A DNA stretch of 60,481 bases, filler included, from Sluysia triapertura (taxonomy: Eukaryota), in the NCBI GenBank assembly GCA_046118255.1. It is 4 parts of 4 records of this genome, joined end to end, with 100 filler letters (N's around TTAATTAATTAA, not from the genome) between each part and the next. Parts side by side here need not be neighbours in the genome. Positions count along the whole stretch, not along the records: positions 47,178 to 60,481 come from JBJNIA010047567.1; 3 more parts are not named here. The stretch is one strand, 5' to 3'. The notes under the pieces were generated by a model that saw only the letters and a list, made by a program, of their open reading frames with translations, ran no database searches and was not told where the DNA came from. Shown here piece by piece: positions 50,057 through 60,481 of this stretch. Both the position numbers and the translations under genes were made by a program. Each line of letters opens with the position of its first letter. Position 1 is the first letter of the stretch.

Positions 50057-53000
50057 GAGTTTTTATCTTTCAACTGGACTGGTCCACATAAGCACATTCA
50101 TGCACCCAATATTGTGGCATCGACAAAATGGTTCAATCAGTTAAATTTCTGGGCTCAAAAGATGATATTAGAAAATAAAGATTTACATAAGCGTGTTGAT
50201 ATGTTGGCATACTTTATTAGGATGATTAAAGTTAGTATATTTGAATTTAATTTTTGATGTTTTAAGATATTTTAAATTCTACTTTAATCCATTGGCTGCC
50301 AATCACGAATATACTCGTGATATTTTCAATACATATTATAACGTACAACTTGTGGAAAGCCTGCAAACTTTTCATGACCATACAAACATACAAATAACAA
50401 GTGTAAAAACTTGAAAAAAAGCTACAAATAATTTGTTTTTACAAAAATAATAAAACAATAACACTCAAAGCGAATAACTTCATATAATTTAGGCTTGACA
50501 GCGAATGGGTTAAATTTAATATTAATATTAATATTAATAAACAACACAAGATATATAATCTTAATCATATCACGCATGCATTAAAAAAGGTTACCGAAAA
50601 AATCATTGCGACATACTAAGTAGATTAAATTGCCTTTTTTATTCTTTTTCTAATTCGAGTTTCTTCATATTATTTGTTGAGTTTTCACAATGTGGTCCGT
50701 AATTCTGCTTCATCATTGTGACCACTGTCGAACGGATGCATCTCACTTATTAGATAAACCTTACATTATTTACTAAATCGAACAATTTAAATAGAAAGAC
50801 ATTTTATTTAAAAATTTACTTCACCAAGCAAACTTTCTATTAAACTTTTTAACTGATTCAATGCATTGCTGTTGTCGTGTACGCACATATTGGATGCACT
50901 TCGTCTTTCATTTCAACAAAATTAGCAAAATTTGAAAGATGTTCATATTGAAACGAACAAGTAACAGATTTGTTTGGATGGATGTCAAGATTAACATAGT
51001 TTAGTTGGGTTAAATAAAGTGCATTCAGATCCAAAAATGTAATATAAATTTTACCAGTTACATCGTTTACAAAGAAGCAGTGTGTAATCGTCCAAATGTC
51101 GGTAGTTGGAGTGTGTGTCGACCTTTATTACAATATTTTTGATACCATTTTCACTGTCAGTGTCATCATCATCAAATAAAGAATTACACATCATTTATAT
51201 AACCTCTGATATTACAATGAATGAAGATATTTAATTCTATACTTTAAAATCTCGTTTCATAATGCTTAGTAACAGAACATTTTTCCATGTGTTCAGTAGC
51301 CACGCAAGTAGAGGATTAAATAAGCTTAAAGATATAAATCACGATTCTCAAAAATCACAATTAAAATTGGTAAATGTCTATCTGAAAATCTCCTAGATCA
51401 TAGCTTTTGCAAGAGAACAAGTTTCCAATCGATAGCTCATGATAAGCTTGGTAAACAATCTATGAAGATTGTCAAAAACATAGTTTCCTGCTTCGTTTGT
51501 GAAGAGTTGTATGAAAAATGTACTGATTTACTAATATTATTAATACTTCGTTAATATCTTAACCCAAAATAATACATGAAACTGAAGTGTGCTTTTTACG
51601 TGCAGTAATATATTATTGAAGTAGTTATAATAAGTGAATCTCTGAACGATTGTAAACATTAAGCTTACGTAAATGATTATTTTTATTATTAATGTTGAAT
51701 GTGTTGAGTTCCATTTTTCTTCAAAGTCCGATTGTTTTGTACAAAATGTGAAATTTTAATTTTGCTTTTTGACTACATAATTTCTTTTGTTAATGCTAAT
51801 AATATAAATCATTTTGTTTTATTACAGAAATTAGTCGACTGCTTCAATAATCTAAGCTCCGGGATGGCTTTAATGTGTGCACTGGATTGTGAATGTATTC
51901 ATCGATTGAAGCTAACGTGGTCTTCATTATCAAACCGCGAGAAAGCCACGTACAAACGAATGCAAGAATTGTTTTCCGGTTTAAACAATTATGAGAATCT
52001 AAGAAACCACATCAATTCGCTTAAATTACCGTGCATTCCTTATATTGGTAAGTGTGCTTACTTTTATTTAGCTAGCGACGTTTAGCTATTATTGTAACTG
52101 TATTGTCCTCTAATATTCAGAAAAATTAAATAAAACAAAGAGTTTATTTACTTCATTTAAACATCGAATTGTCCAAGTTTATTATAAAGAATTTCAGAAA
52201 ATAAATATAAATCACAATATGTCATCAAATTCATTTAGTAATCACATGTTCCTAAATCATATCAAATAGTCTCTTTTTACACTCTTTGTGCAAACTTTAT
52301 TAAACTTTTCCACATTCAGTGTTATTCATTCAACTATTCAGTCATAACATTCGAATTAAACATAATAGTAGTAATAATAATAATAAATTAATAAATCATG
52401 CATTACATAATTGATAAGTGCTTAACAACTCAAGAGAATCGGAGATGTTCGTTCGATTTTATGAAATCATGTGCAGACCAGAATTGATTTAAAATATTTT
52501 TGATAATGCAGTCAAAAGAAACCATGAAAAATCTATTTTAACCCTAGGATTATCAAGACAAAAACTACGTAGATTACCACAATACATAAATCTTTATTTT
52601 CAATAAACACACTCATTACATGTTCCCTTATTTAAATGTAATTGTTGCATTTACCACAAATACTAGAAATTTTTTCAGCTTTTTGCTTTTCTTCGCATGT
52701 GGCAGAATATTTATAACAAATAAAGCGTCTTCTTCCGAATGTTGATGCTGTGTTTAAATTTTTCTCTGGACAAATGGTTTTGATTCCCCTCAAAAAATCA
52801 GTGTGTACAATTCTACAATGTTTCCTCTTTCTACGTGAGGCTTGATTAATTAAAAATTAAAAATTCACATTTTATGAAGCGGATATTTATAAAATTACTT
52901 CGATAAGTTTCAAAACTTCAACTCAATATGTTTAATTATAAAAAATTAACACAGTTGTGAACAATTTAATGGTAGGCTTAAAAGTTGAATCATTCTTCGA

Positions 53001-56000
53001 TAATGAAATTAAATAAAGCGAATACGTCTAAAAAGTTAACATGGATTTTTGCCACTTTATATTCGAAACAATACTTTCATGTCGATTAATTAATTATACT
53101 ATAAATGATAAGAATAAAGCTCATAGTGATATTGACTCCATTCAAAAATTTTAAATAACACCGATAAGACTTGTAAATTTTGTAAAATCTTTATTGAAAC
53201 AGTAATCGCTTAGCGAAATTTATGAAACTTCGACAATTGTGAATTTGATTATTGTTTACTTTTAAAATTATTTTCTGAAAATACATCATTTAAATAAAGT
53301 TAAAAATACTTATGAATGTCCACTTCTCGAATAACGTCGAATAATAAGTTGTTAAACTGTATTTTCTAAGCATTTTTGTATGATTTAATTTCGTTCTTTA
53401 AAATAACAATGGTCACATAATTTTTAATTTTTATCCGCCTTGCTGGTTTGTGAATATCAGTTTATTTTAAATATTTTACTGACATCTTATTTTTTCGTTT
53501 CTATGACGTTATCGTTAAATCTGTAACCTGTTTTTTCCAATTAAGTGTGGTACAATTTCTTATAGTGGCTCGTTTATTCAAAGCGTTTTTAATGCTTACT
53601 GATGCATTCCGAGACCCTAATAAACTTGTTATTATTTGTCTTCTAAACTTGCAAACTTATATGAATTTGAATGACATACAATAGCCGTCTTTCTCGTCAT
53701 TCATGTAGTGACCAGAAGGCTGTAGCCGTTAAAAATTTATTTAATTCTTCATACATGCATGAGTCATGCCACTCTAGAGAGCAACTTAAAGTCATTTTGT
53801 CATATCATAAGTTTGTACAAACCTGTATTAATATATCAATCAAAAATCAATGTGTCACATCACGAACCCAATATTTTTGTGTCAGTTAATGCGTTAAATT
53901 ATTTTGTTTTATTAGATAATTCATCTAATTAGATTCGTATCTCACAATATAAATACAACAGAATGAATCGACAAGTATTATGCGTCACATTGTTTCAATC
54001 CTATTTTTTTGTTTTACTTTGGTTGGTTTATCTTAAAAAATTTCTCGTGTGATGTGAAATTTATTTCTTGAGAATCCTATATTTATATTCTGTAACAGCA
54101 ACTTTATAGTTAAGTTTTTCCTAAAGTAATGTTACATTCTATAGTTATTTAATTTCATTCTACATATTATCATGATATTATCCATATATTTAATTTTACG
54201 CTATTATATTAGGTTGAAAAGAATGTCTATGGAAAAATGAAAAGTACAAAAAATACATGTATTTATAAATTCCAAATATATTTAAACGATATAATCATTA
54301 CCGTTCTTTTCGATGAACTTCTCGAATCTCGATCACACCTTTCTTATTGGTCAATGTCTTTGGGATAAGAAATAGTTTTCAAACGACACCGTCTTACTCA
54401 TTTCAATGTATGGCTTCACTTAATTCACACCAACACATAAAAAACCTTTATAAGTGACTTTAAGGAATAGGTTTGGTCGCTTGAACTACAAAAAGCCACT
54501 ACTTTTTGTTACTTTGTAACATATGGGTCCAGAAAAGGATCAAAAATTACATTAGAAACTCCTGCTTTGCTATGAAATTATTTGTAATATAAACGTCACA
54601 TTTAAGAATTTTTCCAAGATGTTTTAAATGATTTAAAAAGGTAGTTTGGTTGTTTATTTACTCGGAAGTTTTAGATTGGATTCGAATATCTAATTACGAA
54701 GGTCGTTCAGACCTGGTTCTGTAAAGCACATTATTTTGAAGAATTTCTAAGTATTACAGATTCCGGATATGTTTATGAAATTTTATGAAAACCGATGATA
54801 TTTTCGAATGACAAATATAATCGTACCATAAGCCATCTAAAAGCAATATAAATAATAAAATAAATTTATATATGCCCTTTATGTCATTAATAATTATAAT
54901 ATATACAATAAATTGTTAAATTGGATCTTTTCAATGTTTAAATCTGCATTGAAATTTTCCTTAACGAATTTCTTTCCAACATAATATTATAAATTATACA
55001 AAGATTCATATTTATTGTCTTCCATTTCCTTACTTCGCGTTATTTATACTTTATAGTATTTATTTCTTCATTTTTATTTTATTAAAATTATAAGTTTTTT
55101 CGTTCTAACATTATTCGAGACTGGTAAAAATACGTCTTTCGCAAACTATGATATTGACGGAAAATTGACTGTTATAACAAATTCAAGTCTATGAAATGGA
55201 CAAAACGAGTAACAATGTACACGTTGTATATCGTAAAGGTGCGCAAACTAGGGGCGAGACCCCGGATTGGGGGCGCTAAAAATTTTAAAATTGTTAAATT
55301 TTACAAACAAAGTTCTGTTTATTCTTGGAACACTTTGTGTTTTTTACCAATTAAAGTAATTCCATCATTAATTCCATAATTTATGTTCTTGATGTAGAAC
55401 AATCATAAAGAATAAAGTTTCAAAGCAAATATACTTACAAATTCATAAAGCAATTATACATGTGCGCACTAGAGATGTTATGCTATTTGGTATACTGCTA
55501 TTTTTTAGCTGTTAATTAAAAATAACGTTTACATACTGCTATCACAATCGCCAAATAGCAGCTATTAAATAACAGCGACGTGAAATATTAACAGACATAA
55601 TATTACATTTTTTGATATAAAGAATTAAAATTTAATTTTGTTAATTTTTTTTATTTTTGCTAAATAATTAGAACTGTTTGTTTCATAATATTTAATTTAT
55701 TCAATTTATTAAAAATAGAAAAATACATTTTGCTATTAAAAAGGTGTTTATTGTTATTTATGAAGTTTCTTTTATAGTGGCGTTATGATTATTTATTAAG
55801 TTGGGGCGCCACTTAAAAAGTTTGCACACCTTTGGTCTATTACTCAATTCATTTGTTTATAACTCAGCAAAAAGCAACAAAATAAAACATAAGAGATTTT
55901 TGAATGACATGGCTTTGCATTGGGTACTAATCGAAGATAACACGTAAGAAGAATGACCATTTACTTCCGGGAAAAGGGTGTCTAAATAATATTCACCAGG

Positions 56001-56616
56001 AAGACATTATTGGAGCGGAAAAGAAAAAATATGCGAAAGACAATATCGTGTGTGTGTTGTACGCAAATTTTGTGCGCTATCATACATTATGACATTATTA
56101 GTCTTCATTATTTCCTTTATTTATTTGCTGATTAAAATTTTCCTTTTTCAGATAATCAGCCGCACATTCTATATTCAGTTATACAGTTATATTTGAAGAA
56201 TACATTCTAAAATAAGAAAATAAACGTTTAATAAAAAAATTCAAAGCCTTTTTAAATTTATAGTGTAACAATTTTTGTAAATTCACGCATATTTTTCAAT
56301 AAACCAACCCTTCCAGTCACAATACACGGGCACAGAACGTGTTCCATTGTTTCTGGATATTGTAGAATGTTTATTTCGAGGTTAGTAAGATATCTTTATG
56401 AATTCTATGTTTTGTAATCTGATAGTCATACTACATGTACAGTCTTCTATTCCAGTACGACCAAGTACTTGTCAAAATATAGAATGAAATAGGGATATTA
56501 AATTAATCTGAATCAAAACCATTTCTATTGACATTCATCTGGTTTAATGATCATTGTGCTTCAATTTGTCAATATATCTAAATTAAAATGAAATTGATTT
56601 ATTATTATTATTATTA

Positions 56617-56680
<64 letters not shown>

Positions 56681-58084
56681 GTTTTCAGGTTTATATTTAA
56701 CGGATTTGACCTTTATAAACACGGCACATTCAAAATTATCGGAATTTGAATCTCAAACAAAAACAGATCAAATAAATAATATTCTTCGTGTAGTGTCGGA
56801 ATTTCAACAAAGTTGCTACGAAAACTTGAATCATAATTTAACAATATTTCGTTATTTGGAATCCCAACGTTATATAGAAGAATTACAAAAAATAATTGAG
56901 GATAGTAATTATCGTTTATCTTTAGCACTAGAGCCACCTCCACCTAGCCAGTGTGCTTTAATTCCTGTTCCAATTATTGTTGTACCTGCCAGTTCCACAG
57001 TTCCTGGGATTTTTCATTCAGGGAACTTGTCGAGTTCTAATCAAGGTCTAAGTAGTTCTGGATCTATTGCAATACGTAAGGAGTCGGGAGCGAGTGCAGA
57101 TATTATGTCAGGTTATTTTTATTTTTTATGTGATTAATAGATTGAAAATTTTATTTTACAGGTACGAATCAGACATTACCTTTGACTTCTTTAGATAATA
57201 CAATTTTCAAAGGTAGTGCCACAAGCCCTCATAAATATCAATCTACTGAACAGCCAAGTAATACGTCTCTGTCAACTGCCCCATTAACTAGTAACAACAC
57301 TATCTTATCCCCCATTATAAACCATAATCACATGAATCTTTCCAGTTCTACCGTATCTCCAAGTAATCCAATTATAACTTCGTATACATGCCATCACAAC
57401 GTGCCTCCTAATTCGCTACAGTTACCAAATTCCACATCAACACCACACAAAGATGGTAGTGACTTGTCTGTTTCATCCAGTAATAACACAACTCAATTGC
57501 CTCTTGCGGAACAGCGGCCATACCCATCTTCCGACATTCAGTCTATTGATCAGAACCAATCGACAAATTTGAATTCAAGTGGTGAAGAATCGGTCCACGC
57601 GAGTTTATTTTGTGGTCGTAAATCACGTAAACACCATCCATTAACTTCCTCGAGTAGAACATCGCGTCGTAATAATCAAACACAGCCACAACAATCCGAT
57701 GTAATTAATCACAAGACGTCAAGTTCAATTTCCAGAACTAGTTCCATTATCGATGTGAATTCTAACGATAAATCACCTTCTAAATTACAAATTAAGCAAC
57801 AAAAGCAATCGAAACCCGGTCACCAGAAAGCTTATAGTGATATTGGTATTGGAAATAACCGAACTCATTCGAAATCTTTATTAGATGACAGTTTGTTGGA
57901 TGACGGAGCAGTAACTATGGCAGGCAATTCTCAGCAACAAAGTAAAAACCACAGCCAATCCAGTTTGTCTAGTCAACAGCCACATCATCTGCAACAACGC
58001 TCCCTTGGTTACTCGTCAAATTCAAATCCAGTTAATAATTCAAGTATTATTTATAATAATAGCTTTTGTAATAATAACTTATGA
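50057..58084 (+). CDS. RALGPS: RalGPS-type RasGEF (CDC25 domain), partial; exons 50057-50230, 51828-52047, 56689-57111, 57162-58084
   Basis: APNIVASTKWFNQLNFW, IHRLKLTW, PCIPYIGLYLTDLTFI, YIEELQKIIEDSNYRLSLALEP, GHQKAYS, LLDDS. GT-AG junctions are phase-compatible. The 5' exons were not located. Confidence 0.9.
50288..50509. mobile_element. 222-bp piggyBac MITE in a RalGPS intron
   Basis: TTAA on both sides; TIRs TCCATTGGCTGCCAA / TTGACAGCGAATGGG. Confidence 0.85.
52542..53895 (-). mobile_element. piggyBac transposase relic in an intron
   Basis: TTAA-CCCT terminus at 52538. Minus-strand RRRFICY...ICGKCNNYI..EH resembles the Cys-rich tail. Heavily decayed; the right end is uncertain. Confidence 0.55.
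55234..55834. mobile_element. hAT (Charlie/Buster-like) MITE in an intron
   Basis: TIRs AAAGGTGCGCAAACT / AGTTTGCACACCTTT, subterminal GGGGCG, and a degenerate 8-bp TSD gtatatcg/gtctatta. Confidence 0.8.
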
Positions 58085-58659
58085 CATTTCTCCAATACTT
58101 TTGTTTTTGAAATGAATTTTTATTAATCAAAAATTATACTTCATAAAACTAGAAATAAACATTCTATCTGATTACTATGTTTTCATTAAGTAGTACTTGT
58201 AGACATTAATTTCTGTCCTTTATTATTGTTTAATATAATTATTTATTATTGTATAATCATTTATTGGATACAGAGTTTCCGGCGATATTTGTTAGAAATT
58301 CGTTTAAAATCGCTTTTTTGTCTGTGGAATGCAGTCAGTGAAATCGCTCTTTTTTCTAGAAAATCGTATGAACTAGTACTCTAGCAATGTGTCACTGCGA
58401 CTGACAAAAAAACAAAATCATATTATATATTATTAATAATAATATGTTATATCAATATTATATTAATAAGGAATAGAACAAACAATTACAATAGAATAAA
58501 GTAAAGAAAAAATATGCCATTTGTAAAAAATAACTAAAAGTTCCACTACAAGAAACTATATATACAACTTATGCCAGAAGCTGTCATACTGTATTTCCTT
58601 ACTGCTTCACGTCTTGTAACGATTTTTCATAAAATATTTAACGTACGGTTTAGGATTGC

Positions 58660-59830
58660 ATTCTTACAAAGATTTCCCATTTAAACAGATCGTCATAACA
58701 ATGAGAGAAGATCTTTTCATTGTAAAGATATTATTCATCGAACAAAAAGTGATTGTTTCTATAATGACCTTGGGAATTTCGATTTGGAATTTTTCAATTA
58801 GTGCGTTTTCTACTAAATCTCTAAAATCATTTATTTTAACTTCACTTTTAAAAATAAAATTCAAAGTTCTTATTCTATTTTCTCTTTCTAGTCATGGACA
58901 CGTTACTTCTTTCATATTCCACGTTTCAGAATAACATACATTAAATATGTTTTTCAAGAACAAAGGGCTCGTGCGAGCCCCTATAGTTCATCACTGAATG
59001 TAGTTCATTGAATGATTAACGATAGCTTTTAATAGCTTTTAACGATATGTTCATTTTAATGGCGGAATGTTAAGAGTTGCAGTAATAAAATTATGTAAGA
59101 ATACTACAGAATTAAGTTGGTTGTTTGTAAATATTAGAATTAAGTGAATGCTTAATTCGAATTTAAATTTAGAACAGACATAAGGTATTAATATTGATAG
59201 TTTCTTTATCTCATTATTGAATATTCTCTTTAAAATATGTTTAAATAATAAATTTCGGCTGAAATTTACCAAATTCATTGACTTTATATTCTTTTTACAT
59301 TTTGAAATTTATCTCTTTGGCGCGTAACAAAATTATAACTTGGAGTCAGAATACCCTACAAAAAAACAAGAATAGTCATTGCGCTTTTATTTCTATTTTA
59401 CTTAGCGCGAATACGTGACATTATATTTTCATCAATCTCAAACATTTCTTTAAGCACTTGCGATGCATTACTTTTAATGTAGTGTCTTATTTGGGTGCAG
59501 CATCTCACGATTGATATTGAACGACAAATCTTTACTATCAACAACACCTTCGATGTAGTTCAAATACTCAGGAATTACATCTTCAAAATTAAACACAAAT
59601 ACTCGCGTTACACATATTTAATATTATCAGGTTTCTCTTGACTCACAAACGAACACAATACTCCATGTCTTATGGAGAACAAAAAAACTCGCAATTCACT
59701 CATTAATAATTCTTCCAGTCAGTTCCGTGCTGAGGTCATGTCCCAGGGAGGTCAATTCTTTCTCCTATTTCTACTCTTCTAAGTGGCTCGTCGTTACTTA
59801 GTATCGTTTGTCCATTTTCAGTTGTAACGT
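58660..59830 (-). pseudogene. HSP90: Hsp90 middle and C-terminal pseudogene fragment
   Basis: Minus strand PDNIK...[26 protein letters not shown] ~ [44 protein letters not shown] resembles the C-terminal domain. Many stops and frameshifts. Confidence 0.85.
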
Positions 59831-60065
59831 TCTTCGCTTTACATTTTTACTCATAATAATTATTTTTGCCACAAAAACTTTTTATATATAATTTTTTGAC
59901 TTTTTAGCTTTTAATGTTCAAAATAAATTTAAGAAAATTTTTTTTATAGATGTTTCTTATTTTTTATTTTTATTTGGCTTAATTTCTGAAAATCAAATTA
60001 TTATTATTATTATTTTATTTTTATTTTTATTTTTAGATTTATTATTATTTTAATCAGAAATATTA

Positions 60066-60170
60066 ATAGTAGTAACAGTAGTAGTAGTAGTAGTAGTAAA
60101 AGTAGTACTAGCAGTAGTAGTAAAAGTAGTACTAGCAGTAGTAGTAAAAGTAGTACTAGCAGTAGTAGTA
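60066..60170. repeat. (TAG)n-based compound microsatellite
   Basis: AGT repeats with a 3x higher-order unit AAAAGTAGTACTAGCAGTAGT. Confidence 0.9.
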
Positions 60171-60481
60171 ACGTGTTACGGCTAGTCGGTAGGATTTTAA
60201 AGAATATTAGTATAAAAGTGGAGGTTAATTTCTAAAAGTAATTGTTTCATCTACTTCTTAGACAATCAATTATTGATTGCAAAGGTAAGATTAAATTAAT
60301 TTGAGTCTTGGGAACTTATATGACTTAATCCTTTTGATAATTAGTGAATTATAAATGATTTTATTTGGATTCTTTTAATATAATTGAAATTATATAAAAT
60401 TTTCGTTTAAAAATCGACTTGAACTGGATTAAGAAACAAATTAAAATTATCACAAGAGTAAAACTTTTAAATATATATATA

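Overview
Very AT-rich eukaryotic DNA, probably from an invertebrate animal; the species cannot be determined from sequence alone. The window is four contigs joined by artificial 100-nt spacers (N44-TTAATTAATTAA-N44). Two host genes look intact: MTG1, with 31- and 36-nt introns, and a partial RalGPS-type RasGEF. Four host-gene fragments are decayed: a GT31 glycosyltransferase, an SDR/RDH, TRNT1 and Hsp90. The rest is mostly nested transposable elements: Ty3/gypsy LTR elements, hAT, piggyBac, Tc1 and MITEs. Three observations stand out. (1) A gypsy element's integrase tail runs, apart from one frameshift and one stop, into a second aspartic protease and then a chain of hydrophobic/TM segments. 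(2) An LTR family ('family C') has co-varying ~60-nt hairpins in its long leader, followed by a variable cargo slot: a GT31 fragment, a TRNT1 fragment, or an unknown ORF. It also carries an unknown post-gag ORF followed by an AT-hook-like motif. (3) Two 160-bp TG...CA elements each contain a tRNA-like gene. All alignments and folds were done by eye, and family names A-G are my own labels.
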